Source: Patescibacteria group bacterium (GTDB taxonomy: Bacteria; Patescibacteriota; Minisyncoccia; Phycocordibacterales; JAKAEA01). From it: 64,000 bases of DNA. Location: positions 253,857 through 317,856 of the forward strand of contig JAZKCY010000001.1 of the NCBI GenBank assembly GCA_040387855.1, in the 5' to 3' direction. Position numbers and translations under genes: made by a program. Positions 9,189-18,925 of this stretch are shown in pieces. The notes under the pieces are model-generated. The model worked only from the letters and a program-made list of their open reading frames with translations. It ran no database searches and was not told where the DNA came from. How positions within the stretch are numbered: the stretch's first letter is position 1; each line of letters opens with the position of its first letter.

Positions 9189-10064
9189 ATGCAATTCAGT
9201 AACTTTTTTTCAAATACAGTACATGATTCTGAAATAGGTGATGTCTTGAAATATGCTTTTAATGAGCGTCTTGCAGAGGTGCTCATTTTTATTGGAGGGA
9301 CAATGGTGTGGTGGGTATTTGTTGTTACGTTCTTTGGTACGTCAATGATGTTTCTCTACCTTGTCCCATTAGCATTGGCTATCGCTGGCTATTATCTATT
9401 TTATTTGGATAGTAAAGAAGTATTTATTGAGCACTATGCTGCGTCAGAAAATTATACCTATTCAGAATATGGTGAACCGTCACTACTTGAAGGATCTGCA
9501 TTTAAACAAGGTCATAGTCATACTATGAAAAATGTTATTCGAGGACATTTTGAAAATCATGAATTTCAGGTATTCACTTTTACGTATGCTCTAGGAGAGG
9601 GAAAAGAAACATGTTATTACACATCTACAGTTTTTGAACTCGATTTTGAGCATCCTATGCCGCATATGGTGCTTGTATCTCGGTATTTAGAAAATGCCGT
9701 AAATGTGATGGTAGATGGACTGCTGTCGCTTGCATATGTGAGTAAGAGTTTTCCAATGGTAAAATCAGGAAAGTCATATCTTGCATTAGAGGGGGATTTT
9801 CAAAAGTATTTTAATCTTTATATAGATAAAGAACACAGCCAGGAAGTTCTGGAAATATTTTCACCTGATGTTATGGCAGACTTCATTGATTATGGAAAGC
9901 ATTACAGTGTTGAGTTTGTCGACGATAAAATTTATATTTTCTATGGAAGTGAAGTGAATCGACGAAAAGAACTTGATGCATTTTATGCACTTGCGCGGTT
10001 GCTCACATCAAAAATGGCATTTATGTTTTTGAAGAAAAAACCTGATTGGTTGTATGTAAAATAA
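9189..10064 (+). CDS. Hypothetical membrane protein (two N-terminal TM helices, DUF3137-like soluble part)
   Basis: Hydrophobic N-terminal region followed by an LEGDFQKYF...FSPDVM motif. Confidence 0.65.
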   Translation: MQFSNFFSNTVHDSEIGDVLKYAFNERLAEVLIFIGGTMVWWVFVVTFFGTSMMFLYLVPLALAIAGYYLFYLDSKEVFIEHYAASENYTYSEYGEPSLLEGSAFKQGHSHTMKNVIRGHFENHEFQVFTFTYALGEGKETCYYTSTVFELDFEHPMPHMVLVSRYLENAVNVMVDGLLSLAYVSKSFPMVKSGKSYLALEGDFQKYFNLYIDKEHSQEVLEIFSPDVMADFIDYGKHYSVEFVDDKIYIFYGSEVNRRKELDAFYALARLLTSKMAFMFLKKKPDWLYVK

Positions 10065-10098
10065 AAAATCCTGAGATATCTCAGGGTTTTTTATTTTT
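10060..10098. terminator. Bidirectional terminator between convergent genes
   Basis: AAAAAATCCTGAG-ATAT-CTCAGGGTTTTTT. Confidence 0.8.
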
Positions 10099-11092
10099 AG
10101 ATTTTTGAAACTTTGTATTCTGCCGGAGCTTTTGATAAAAAGTCTTCGAGCTGAGCTTTTGTAAGTAATCCTTCTTGAGCACCAACTTTTTGTACTACTG
10201 ACATAGAATTGATTGGTCCCCATACAAGGGCTTCTTCCAATGTCTTTCCAAGGGCAAGAGCTGATGTGACTGTTGAAGAGAATGCATCACCTGCACCTGT
10301 TCGTTCATATGGCTCATGAGGATACACAGGCATAAACCAGGCATCAGTTCCATCATAGGCATATGCTCCTTCGATTCCATCAGTAACTACAACTATCTTT
10401 GGACCAAGAGCCATCAAGCCTTTCATGAGATTCTTTACATCTCGGTCTGTGACCTTAAGAATTCTTTGTGCTTCTTCTACGTTGCAAAAGAATACATCAG
10501 ATCGTGCATAGATATCTTTGAGTGCTTCAACTCCCATTTTCATTTGGAATGTTCCTGGCTGGAATGCAAGCTTTGTTTCTGGATGTGCTGCGAGATATGC
10601 TGAGATCTGTTTGTGATAATCTGCAGAGTTTTCACCAAGTGAGCTGAGATAAATCCATCGAGGAGCATCTTTAATATTTGGGAACTTGTATGGATATAAT
10701 TCGTGCTTCACGAGAATCGTACGTTCTACACCGTACCAAAGTACATAGTGATAATTGGTAGTAAGATCACCGTGAATACTCATGTAATCTGTTGAAACCC
10801 CGTTTTTATCGAGCTCACCAATACATTCCTTTCCTTGAATATCGCCTCCAACATCAGCCATAAGCACAGAGCGTAATCCAAGTCGGGCCGCAGACACTGC
10901 AGCATTGGCGCTATTTCCCACACCTTTTAAAATAGTTACTGATTCATAAGGAACCTTATCACCAAACGTAATACACAATTCTTTACGTGTGTGATCTATA
11001 CTGTCTTGAATTTCTGCCTGCGTAATTCTAATAAAAGCGTCGGTAACGATATCGCCGATAGCGAGGAAATCGAATGTGTTGTCCATATTCAT
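10097..11092 (-). CDS. PfkB family carbohydrate kinase
   Basis: GNSANAAVSAARLG, NVEEA, VTDGIEG and RTGAGDAF. Confidence 0.92.
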   Translation of the reverse strand: MNMDNTFDFLAIGDIVTDAFIRITQAEIQDSIDHTRKELCITFGDKVPYESVTILKGVGNSANAAVSAARLGLRSVLMADVGGDIQGKECIGELDKNGVSTDYMSIHGDLTTNYHYVLWYGVERTILVKHELYPYKFPNIKDAPRWIYLSSLGENSADYHKQISAYLAAHPETKLAFQPGTFQMKMGVEALKDIYARSDVFFCNVEEAQRILKVTDRDVKNLMKGLMALGPKIVVVTDGIEGAYAYDGTDAWFMPVYPHEPYERTGAGDAFSSTVTSALALGKTLEEALVWGPINSMSVVQKVGAQEGLLTKAQLEDFLSKAPAEYKVSKI

Positions 11093-11161
11093 GAGAAAAG
11101 TATATCACGCTTATGATGGTGTGGTACAATATATCTCCAGATAGACTATACACATATATAT

Positions 11162-12031
11162 ATGAAAACATTACGCGAATATATTCAAGATGCTGAAGAT
11201 AAGAAGATTGCTATTGGTCATTTTAATATTTCAAACTTAGAAGGAGTCTGGGCAGTATTTAATGCCGCAAAGAAACTTAATGTCCCTGTAATTATTGGAG
11301 TGTCAGAAGGCGAGCGAGATTTCGTTGGAGTGAAGCAAATTGCTGCTGTCATTAAGACAATTAGAGATGAGCATCAGTACCCAATTTTCTTAAACGCAGA
11401 TCATACCTATTCATTTGAGCGAGTAAAAGAAGTAGTTGATGCGGGATTTGATGCTGTAATTATTGATAACGCTAAAGCAACAAAAGAAGAAAATATCAGA
11501 ATTACAAAGCAATGCGTTGAATATGCAAAGAGTGTAAATCCAAATATTTTAGTTGAAGCAGAGCTTGGATACATTGGGCAGTCATCAAAAATGCTTGATG
11601 CAATTCCAGAAGGAGCAGCAACAGATAGAAGTGGATTTACTACACCAGAAGATGCTACGGAATTTGTAAAAGCAACGGGTGTTGATCTATTGGCTCCAGC
11701 TGTTGGGAATATTCACGGAATGCTTAAAAATGTACCAAACCCACATTTAGATATTGAATTAATTAAAGAAATTAGAACTATGGCGGGAGTGCCTTTAGTG
11801 CTTCATGGGGGATCAGGAACATCAGATGCTGATTTTACGGCTGCAATTCAAGCTGGTATTTCTACTGTTCACATAAATACAGAACTACGAGTGGCATACA
11901 GAAAGGGTATGGAACAGAGTCTTAAAGATAATGCTGATGAAATTGCTCCCTATAAATATATGAAAGGCCCACTTGAAGCAATGTCGAAAGTAGCAGAGGA
12001 TAGATTGAAACTTTTTAACAACATAGCATAA
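11162..12031 (+). CDS. fba: Class II fructose-bisphosphate aldolase
   Basis: NADH, VEAELGYIG, AVGNIHG, LVLHGGSG and HINTELR. Confidence 0.94.
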   Translation: MKTLREYIQDAEDKKIAIGHFNISNLEGVWAVFNAAKKLNVPVIIGVSEGERDFVGVKQIAAVIKTIRDEHQYPIFLNADHTYSFERVKEVVDAGFDAVIIDNAKATKEENIRITKQCVEYAKSVNPNILVEAELGYIGQSSKMLDAIPEGAATDRSGFTTPEDATEFVKATGVDLLAPAVGNIHGMLKNVPNPHLDIELIKEIRTMAGVPLVLHGGSGTSDADFTAAIQAGISTVHINTELRVAYRKGMEQSLKDNADEIAPYKYMKGPLEAMSKVAEDRLKLFNNIA

Positions 12032-12035
12032 GACA

Positions 12036-12293
12036 ATGGAAGAAATCGAGTTTATCTCATCGCCAGAAAATGATAATACTTCGACAAAGCATCTTAATGT
12101 TGTAAAACCAAATTATTCTCCTGTAGTAAATTGGTTGGTTCGCAAAGGAATATTTTCTTCACTAAAGAATGCAAATAGAGCAATGATTGTAATAATCATT
12201 GCTCTATTTGTGATTTCAGTTGGGGTATTTATAGTGGGAAGTTATTATATTGAAAATAGGGCACCTCTTGAAGTGCGTTCAAAGTATAGATAG
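12036..12293 (+). CDS. Small single-TM protein, pilin-associated
   Basis: One hydrophobic helix. Resembles 43239-43556, which also precedes a pilin. Confidence 0.7.
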   Translation: MEEIEFISSPENDNTSTKHLNVVKPNYSPVVNWLVRKGIFSSLKNANRAMIVIIIALFVISVGVFIVGSYYIENRAPLEVRSKYR

Positions 12294-12321
12294 TTAGATT
12301 GTTGTGTGGTAAAATATTTGG

Positions 12322-12597
12322 ATGAGTTCGGTTGAATTTGATGAGGAGGTATCTCAAGCCGCTTCCCGCCAAGCACTACCTCTTCAATCAGCACAAAATC
12401 CACATCCCGTTTTGGGTGCAGTAGGTTTAAGTACTCCACGTAGGTTACATATCTTTTCACTTGTTTTTGTAATATTCAGTTTTGTGGTATCTGCTTATTT
12501 ATTTTTTATGTTTAATAATCAAGGCAGCTCAGATGATTTTCTAGAAAGATACGGGACATCAGATCAAAGTGGCTTTTCTTCACAACAAAAGCAGTGA
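12322..12597 (+). CDS. Small single-TM protein
   Basis: TM helix then DDFLERYGTSDQSGFSS, shared with the next ORF. Confidence 0.7.
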   Translation: MSSVEFDEEVSQAASRQALPLQSAQNPHPVLGAVGLSTPRRLHIFSLVFVIFSFVVSAYLFFMFNNQGSSDDFLERYGTSDQSGFSSQQKQ

Positions 12598-12617
12598 GAG
12601 TAATAGTATAAAAATTT

Positions 12618-12824
12618 ATGCACACTAAAAAGAATCATTCATCTAAGAATTCTGTTAGTACATCTAGGAAAAAAGATATTATTTCGTTAGTGTGTGTGGT
12701 GGTATGTTTTTGTATATCTGCATTTCTGCTTCTCAACATTAATACACATTCAGAATATGAAGAATTCGTAGAAAAGTATGGGGCAATAGATCAATCAGCT
12801 TTTTCATCATATGTACAAAGATAA
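12618..12824 (+). CDS. Small single-TM protein, paralogue of 12322-12597
   Basis: TM helix then EEFVEKYGAIDQSAFSS. Confidence 0.65.
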   Translation: MHTKKNHSSKNSVSTSRKKDIISLVCVVVCFCISAFLLLNINTHSEYEEFVEKYGAIDQSAFSSYVQR

Positions 12825-13593
12825 AAAAGGTTTTACTCTAATAGAGCTTCTTGTCGTAATTGCAATAATTTCTTTGCTTTCGAGTGTTGTATTTACTGCA
12901 ACTAATGTTGCTCGTGCAAAGGCTCGTGATACACGCAAGCTTGCAGATGCTAATCAGGTGAAAACTGCGCTCAATTCTTTTAATCTTGAAGAAGAAGGAA
13001 TGCCGGGAAATTACAATTGTGATGGGAGCTATTGTTCTGGAGGAGGGGGGACATTTCTTGCTATTGAAGATATCAATAATCCTACAGACCCTCAGACTGC
13101 AAGTGGACAGGCTTACAACAGAAGCATGCAGGATTTAGTAGATGCTGGTGTGCTGGGTGCAATTCCGCATAGTCCTGGGGGAAGTCCGTATGCTTATTAT
13201 AACTATGGAATAACATCACTTGGTGCCGTTTTTGGAACTGAGCTAGAAACAGACACTCGTAGGATACATACTAGAATTGCTGTAGCAACGTTATACAGCA
13301 CAGATATGGAAAGTGGGAGGGAGGTATGTGAGACATACAGTAATAGTGAAGATGCAGGACGAGTGTACTATCTTTATTGTGATGATATTCCAAATAATGA
13401 ATGGTGTAGCCACATCGCAAGTGATCCCGGAAATTATCCTTCTCCTGGCTCGGTAACAAACAATCTTGCATATGTGGGAGAGGGTTGGCCTCAGAGTGAG
13501 TATTGTGTGCCTTTAGCGTACTCATCTGTATCGCCTGCACCCACACTTCTTTGTCAGAATAATGTATTTGAATATTGCATCATAGCCCCGTAG
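12811..13593 (+). CDS. Type IV pilin / pseudopilin-like protein
   Basis: Class III signal KKG|FTLIELLVVIAIISLL, then ARAKARDTRK and a Cys-rich C-terminal domain. Confidence 0.92.
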   Translation: MYKDKKGFTLIELLVVIAIISLLSSVVFTATNVARAKARDTRKLADANQVKTALNSFNLEEEGMPGNYNCDGSYCSGGGGTFLAIEDINNPTDPQTASGQAYNRSMQDLVDAGVLGAIPHSPGGSPYAYYNYGITSLGAVFGTELETDTRRIHTRIAVATLYSTDMESGREVCETYSNSEDAGRVYYLYCDDIPNNEWCSHIASDPGNYPSPGSVTNNLAYVGEGWPQSEYCVPLAYSSVSPAPTLLCQNNVFEYCIIAP

Positions 13594-13650
13594 GCTATAA
13601 AAGTATTGCAGACTATTGATTTATTTTGAATAGTATGTAGAATAACGCCT

Positions 13651-14301
13651 ATGCTTACCTTAGAATTTCAAAAGCGAGAACCCGCTGATACGCTTCATAA
13701 AGTACGGTCTGAAAACAACGTGCCTGCTGTTTTCTACGGCCCTAAGGAAGATTCAACCCCTATTTCTATTAAACAAGCTGACTTCAAGAAAGTTTGGAAA
13801 GAAGCAGGAGAATCTTCAATTATTATCCTTAAGAATGGCACAGAAGAACACGAAGCTCTTATCAAAGAGATCGATCTTCACCCTGTAAGTGGAGTAGTGC
13901 GACATGCAGATTTTTATGTAATTGAAAAAGGTAAAAAGCTCCAAGTTACCGTTCAGCTCGAATTTATCGGTATTTCAGAAATGGTTAAGAGTGGTGCAGG
14001 AAGTCTAACAAAGGTACTTCACGAAGTTGAAGTTGAGGCTATGCCTAAGGATCTCCCTCATGATCTTGAAGTAGATATCTCATCACTTACAACTTTGGAT
14101 AGTCAGATCCTCGCTAGTGACATCAAGCTTCCAGCAGGAGTAGAACTTATTACAAACCCTGAAGAAGTAGTAGCCGCTATCTCAGCAGCTCGAGATGAAA
14201 CAGAAGAAGAAGTTGTCGTAGCCCTTGATCCTTCAAAGATTGAACTCTCAGTAGAGAAAGGTAAGGCAGACGAAGAAGAAGGCGCTGGTGACAAAGAATA
14301 A
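13651..14301 (+). CDS. rplY: 50S ribosomal protein bL25/Ctc
   Basis: VPAVFYG, HPVSG..HADFY and PKDLPH. Confidence 0.95.
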   Translation: MLTLEFQKREPADTLHKVRSENNVPAVFYGPKEDSTPISIKQADFKKVWKEAGESSIIILKNGTEEHEALIKEIDLHPVSGVVRHADFYVIEKGKKLQVTVQLEFIGISEMVKSGAGSLTKVLHEVEVEAMPKDLPHDLEVDISSLTTLDSQILASDIKLPAGVELITNPEEVVAAISAARDETEEEVVVALDPSKIELSVEKGKADEEEGAGDKE

Positions 14302-14313
14302 GAATGATATAAT

Positions 14314-14357
14314 AAAACACGTGGTCCAATTAAACTTTGGCCACGTGTTTTGTTTTT
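14314..14357 (+). terminator. Intrinsic terminator after rplY
   Basis: AAAACACGTGG...CCACGTGTTTT followed by a T-tract. Confidence 0.75.
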
Positions 14358-14395
14358 GTTACTGAAACCTTTCTAGCCCGTATATTTTATATAGT

Positions 14396-15784
14396 ATGTT
14401 TACAATTCAACGTCTTAAAAAAGTTAGTATTATTATTACCTTGTGTGCCGTTATCGTGGCTTCAGGAGCAGGGATTGCCTACAATACCAATACATTACAT
14501 GCTCAAACAGCTGATGCCGTAGCAGCTCGAGAAGCACAGCTTAGAGCAGAGCTCGATCAAGTCCTTAAAGAAATCAACGAACAGCAGGCTATTCTTGCTG
14601 AAGAAAACAAAAAGGGAACTTCTATTGCACGAGATCTTGCTATTCTTACGGCTAAGATTAATGAAGCAAAGCTCAACATTCGAGCACGAAATCTTGCAAT
14701 TGAAGGTCTTGGAAAAGATATTAATCAAAAGACTACAACTATCAATACACTGACAGGGAAGATAGATGATACACGATCTTCTTTGGCTCAACTTGTGCGT
14801 AAAACTAATCAGATGGACTCTTATACTATTGCTGACGTTGTGCTTAGTAATCAGGATATTTCAGAATTTTTCTCAGATGTAGATGCCATTGATACTATTA
14901 AAGTTTCTATTCAAACAGCTTTAGGCCATATTAAAGAATCAAAGAATCAAACTGAAGAAGCAAAGAAAACATTGGATCAAAAGCGGCTTCAAGAAATAGA
15001 TGCAAAAATTTCTATTGAAGCAGAAAAAGCAAAAATTGAGAAAAACGAAAAAGAAAAGGCACGACTTTTGAGTTTGAGTAAAGAACAGCAGAAGAATTAT
15101 CAAACAACTATTAAGAGCAAAGAGTCAAAGGCTGCTTCTATTAGAGCTGCATTGTTCTCATTGCGAGATACATCAGCAATTCCATTCGGACAAGCTTTGG
15201 AATACGCCACAGCAGCTTCAAAAGCAACAGGAGTGCGTCCTGCATTTTTGCTCGCTATATTGACTCAGGAAAGTAACCTTGGAAAAAACGTAGGATCTTG
15301 CTACATGAATGATCCTGCTACTGGAAACGGGGTGCGAATTTCATCAGGAGCATTTGAAGACGGGGTTATGAAGCCATCTCGTGATGTGCAGCCATTCCTA
15401 GCTATTACAGCTTCATTAGGCCGTGATCCATTTACTACACGAGTATCATGTCCTTTTAGTACAGGATACGGAGGAGCCATGGGACCATCGCAATTTATTC
15501 CATCTACATGGATGATGTTTAAGGCTCGAATTGGTCAGGCTGTAGGTGTGCCAAATCCTGATCCTTGGGAACCTAAGCATGCATTTATGGCTTCAGCTAT
15601 CTATCTTGCAGATCTTGGTGCAGATACCGGGGTTGCTTCATCAGAACGAAATGCTGCATGTAGATACTACTCAGGACGGGCATGTGATAGTAAGGCTCCA
15701 GCAAACGCTTTCTACGGAAATCAGGTAATGTCTAAAGCTACTGACATTCAGGTAAACATGATTGATGCATTGAATGGTAATTAA
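14396..15784 (+). CDS. Secreted coiled-coil protein with a C-terminal lytic transglycosylase domain
   Basis: Signal peptide, PcsB/CwlO-like coiled coil, then AILTQESNLG, GGAMGPSQFIPSTW and DPW...ASAIYL. Confidence 0.88.
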   Translation: MFTIQRLKKVSIIITLCAVIVASGAGIAYNTNTLHAQTADAVAAREAQLRAELDQVLKEINEQQAILAEENKKGTSIARDLAILTAKINEAKLNIRARNLAIEGLGKDINQKTTTINTLTGKIDDTRSSLAQLVRKTNQMDSYTIADVVLSNQDISEFFSDVDAIDTIKVSIQTALGHIKESKNQTEEAKKTLDQKRLQEIDAKISIEAEKAKIEKNEKEKARLLSLSKEQQKNYQTTIKSKESKAASIRAALFSLRDTSAIPFGQALEYATAASKATGVRPAFLLAILTQESNLGKNVGSCYMNDPATGNGVRISSGAFEDGVMKPSRDVQPFLAITASLGRDPFTTRVSCPFSTGYGGAMGPSQFIPSTWMMFKARIGQAVGVPNPDPWEPKHAFMASAIYLADLGADTGVASSERNAACRYYSGRACDSKAPANAFYGNQVMSKATDIQVNMIDALNGN

Positions 15785-15825
15785 TCTTGCGCGTTTTTAG
15801 ATACTCTGATATAGTACTAGCCACT

Positions 15826-16056
15826 ATGAAGACGGAAATCCACCCAAAATACAATATAAAAGCAGACATTAGTTGTGCCTCATGTGGTAATGTTTTTACT
15901 ATGGGTTCAACAAAAGATAAGATTATTGTTGAAATCTGCAGTAATTGCCATCCTTTCTATACTGGAACTGAAAAGACCTTGGATGCAGCTGGAATGGTTG
16001 ATAAATTCCGAACACGAATGGCCAAGAAGAATCCTGCAAAGAAGAAAGCAGAATAA
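15826..16056 (+). CDS. rpmE: 50S ribosomal protein bL31 (Zn-binding type)
   Basis: MKTEIHPKY, CASCG and ICSNCHPFYTG. Start reset to 15826. Confidence 0.96.
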   Translation: MKTEIHPKYNIKADISCASCGNVFTMGSTKDKIIVEICSNCHPFYTGTEKTLDAAGMVDKFRTRMAKKNPAKKKAE

Positions 16057-16068
16057 CTATAGAAACCC

Positions 16069-16118
16069 AACAAAATCTGCATTACCCGAATTATTCAAAT
16101 GGGTGATGCAGATTTTGT
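16069..16118 (+). terminator. Long inverted repeat between rpmE and prfA
   Basis: ACAAAATCTGCATTACCC ... GGGTGATGCAGATTTTGT (18-bp stem with one G-U pair). Confidence 0.55.
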
Positions 16119-16131
16119 GTATAATAATCAT

Positions 16132-17121
16132 ATGAGTCTTACACCTGAAGAATTAGAGGCATTTAAGCAAAGCCATAAAACAAGCTATTTAGCTGATATG
16201 TATACAAAGCTTGTACGTGACGAAGCTGATGTTTTGGCTATGGCTGGGACTGATCCTGCAATGGCAGAATTGGCTCAGGGTGAGCTTGAAGATCTTAAGA
16301 CACAGAAAGATGGGGTGATTGCTCAACTTAGAGCTATAGAAGAGTCTGAGAAGGAAGAAGAGGAATTCCCAAATGAACTTATTCTTGAAGTTCGTGCCGG
16401 AGCAGGAGGAGATGAAGCCGCACTCTTTGCTGCAGAATTGGCAGCTATGTATGAGCGATATGCTGAGAATAAAGGATGGACATGGAAGAAAGTAGACGAA
16501 TCCCAGAGTGATTTGGGAGGGTACAAAGAAGCATCTTTTGAAATACACGGTAAAGATGTGTATCGAAAACTGAGATATGAAACAGGAGTACATAGAGTTC
16601 AAAGAATTCCTCATACTGAAAAATCAGGACGAGTTCATACTTCTACAGCATCGGTTGCTATTATGCCACTTCGAAAGAAATCAAAGTTTGTTATTAATCC
16701 CACTGATATTGAAATTGAAACTTCACGAGCCGGAGGTAAAGGAGGACAAAACGTGAACAAAGTGGAAACAGCTGTACGATTGATTCACAAGCCAACAGGT
16801 GAATGGGTTCGATCAACGGCAGAACGAAGTCAGAGTGCAAACAAAGAAAAAGCTATGGCAATCTTGAGTGCAAAACTTGAAGCACTTCAGGATGCGGCAG
16901 AAGCAAAGAAGTTTTCAAAAGAACGAAAGGATCAAATTGGAACTGCTGATCGATCTGAAAAGATTCGAACATACAATGTGTTGCAGGATCGTTTGACTGA
17001 TCATCGACTTAAAAAATCATGGCACAATTTGGAGAAGGTAATGCTTGGGGAAATCGATGATGTCATCGATGCAATGAGTAATCCTATCGATCCAAATGCG
17101 ACAGACGAGGATGAAGATTAA
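16132..17121 (+). CDS. prfA: Peptide chain release factor 1
   Basis: GGQ motif ([10 protein letters not shown]), PxT recognition loop (RIPHTE) and RSEKIRTYN. Start reset to 16132. Confidence 0.95.
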   Translation: MSLTPEELEAFKQSHKTSYLADMYTKLVRDEADVLAMAGTDPAMAELAQGELEDLKTQKDGVIAQLRAIEESEKEEEEFPNELILEVRAGAGGDEAALFAAELAAMYERYAENKGWTWKKVDESQSDLGGYKEASFEIHGKDVYRKLRYETGVHRVQRIPHTEKSGRVHTSTASVAIMPLRKKSKFVINPTDIEIETSRAGGKGGQNVNKVETAVRLIHKPTGEWVRSTAERSQSANKEKAMAILSAKLEALQDAAEAKKFSKERKDQIGTADRSEKIRTYNVLQDRLTDHRLKKSWHNLEKVMLGEIDDVIDAMSNPIDPNATDEDED

Positions 17122-17186
17122 TAAATTATGGCTTGTTCTTAGGGCCCTTGCCTAAGGCTACAGGCTGTGCTAATATGGCTATCACT

Positions 17187-17891
17187 ATGGCAGAAGAGAA
17201 AAATATGGTTATGAACGAAGTAATTGAGCGAATGTTTAAGGCAGGCGCGCATTTTGGTCTTACAAAATCACGCCGACACCCATCAACAAAGCCCCTTATT
17301 TTCGGTGCAAAGAATAAGGTTGAAATTTTCGACCTTGAAAAGACAAAGGATTACCTTGCGAAAGCACAGGAGTTTGTTCGATCAATTTCTAAGAACAACG
17401 GAATGATTCTTTTCGTTGGAGGAAAGAAAGAAGCGCAGACAGCAGTAGAAAAGGCTGCAAATGACATTTCTATGCCATTTGTTGCTGGACGATGGATTGG
17501 AGGAACATTTACAAACTTTCCACAGATTCGAAAGCGAGTAGAGCGACTTGAAATGCTTACTATGCAGCGAGAGAAAGGAGAACTTTCAAAGTATACAAAG
17601 AAAGAACGTCTTTTGATCGATCGTGAAATTGATAATCTAAACCGATTTTTCTCAGGCATTATTCCTATGAAGGAAATGCCAAAAGCACTCTTCATTATTG
17701 ATTCAAAGCGAGAACACATTGCTGTTACTGAAGCACAGAAAGCAGGAATCCCAGTAATCGCACTTTGCGGTACTGATTGCAACATTAAGGATGTAGAATA
17801 TCCAGTACCAGGAAATGACTCTTCAATCTCAAGTATTACTTTCTTCTTGAGTGAAATCACAAAAGCATATAAAGAAGGCCGAAAGGCATAA
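17187..17891 (+). CDS. rpsB: 30S ribosomal protein uS2
   Basis: AGAHFG, RWIGGTFTN and PGNDSS. Confidence 0.97.
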   Translation: MAEEKNMVMNEVIERMFKAGAHFGLTKSRRHPSTKPLIFGAKNKVEIFDLEKTKDYLAKAQEFVRSISKNNGMILFVGGKKEAQTAVEKAANDISMPFVAGRWIGGTFTNFPQIRKRVERLEMLTMQREKGELSKYTKKERLLIDREIDNLNRFFSGIIPMKEMPKALFIIDSKREHIAVTEAQKAGIPVIALCGTDCNIKDVEYPVPGNDSSISSITFFLSEITKAYKEGRKA

Positions 17892-17903
17892 TTATCTAGA
17901 GTA

Positions 17904-18413
17904 ATGGTAACAGCTGCACAAATTAAAGAGCTTCGAGACAAAACAGGTGTATCGATGATGCAATGTAAAAAGGCACTTGAAGAAGCAGAAGGTGATATGG
18001 ATAAAGCTCTTGCTGTATTGCAAGAGAAGAGTAAGGGAATGGCAGCAAAGCGTGCTGACCGAGAATTTGGTTCAGGAGTCATTCAGTCATATGTGCACTC
18101 ATCTGGTGCTATTGGTGCACTTGTAGAACTTGTTTGCGAAACAGATTTTGTTTCTAAGAATGAGGAATTCAAGACAGCAGCTCGAGATATTGCAATGCAT
18201 GTGACTGCTTCAAACGCAGTATATTTAAAAGCTTCTGACATTCCGGAAGAACTTAAAGATTCTGCTGAAGCAAAAGAACAAGTTCTTCTTGATCAGCCAT
18301 TTATCAAGAACCCAGAGATTACTGTTAATGGATTGATTGATTCAGCAATGCAGAAGTTTGGTGAGAAGATTGAAGTAGCACGTTTCGTACGTTTCTCTGT
18401 CCTTGAAAAATAG
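17904..18413 (+). CDS. tsf: Elongation factor Ts (short form)
   Basis: LRDKTGVSMMQCKKAL, CETDFV and LLDQPFIKN. Confidence 0.95.
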   Translation: MVTAAQIKELRDKTGVSMMQCKKALEEAEGDMDKALAVLQEKSKGMAAKRADREFGSGVIQSYVHSSGAIGALVELVCETDFVSKNEEFKTAARDIAMHVTASNAVYLKASDIPEELKDSAEAKEQVLLDQPFIKNPEITVNGLIDSAMQKFGEKIEVARFVRFSVLEK

Positions 18414-18432
18414 GAACGAGAAATAGCACATT

Positions 18433-18813
18433 ATGTCATTTTGGTTAATTCTTTTTATAACTTCTGGTAGCGCAATTGTACTGTTCATAGCGCTCAAATT
18501 AGTTCAGCTACAATTTGGCTTGTTGTTTTTCTGGCCAGGCATTCGGCAAGAACTTGAAGTAATATTAAATCAACGCAAGGTGAAAGCTGCACGATGGTTG
18601 GATATCTTCAGTGCACAGCAGATGTACATTATTTTGCACAGTATCGTAGTAGGATTGAAGGGAATTGTAGTGGCAGTACATGTATGGCTTGATCGCAAGT
18701 CGCATCGCCTTACAAGCCTCATACGAGGCCGTCATAAGGTAGAAACTAATACAAAAGCTTCACATTTCCTTCATGACATCAAATCGTTTCGAGACCGATT
18801 TCGCAAGCAATAA
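18433..18813 (+). CDS. Hypothetical membrane protein
   Basis: N-terminal hydrophobic helix and basic tail. Fills the gap between tsf and the tRNA. Confidence 0.65.
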   Translation: MSFWLILFITSGSAIVLFIALKLVQLQFGLLFFWPGIRQELEVILNQRKVKAARWLDIFSAQQMYIILHSIVVGLKGIVVAVHVWLDRKSHRLTSLIRGRHKVETNTKASHFLHDIKSFRDRFRKQ

Positions 18814-18836
18814 AAGTATGATAGTATAGTCGTTAA

Positions 18837-18912
18837 GCCGACTTAGCTCAGTTGGTAGAGCAACTGTTTTGTAAACAGTAGGTCCCCAGTTCGATCCTGG
18901 GAGTCGGCTCCA
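18837..18912 (+). tRNA. tRNA-Thr(TGT)
   Basis: Acceptor stem GCCGACT/AGTCGGC-TCCA, anticodon arm ACTGT-TTTGTAA-ACAGT and GTTCGAT T-loop. Confidence 0.96.
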
Positions 18913-18925
18913 ACAAATTCGAATC

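Noticed and set aside
17351-18082. 243-aa minus-strand ORF and similar antisense ORFs over gyrB, dnaE, rpoB and rpoC
   Set aside because: These are shadows of well-conserved genes on the opposite strand.
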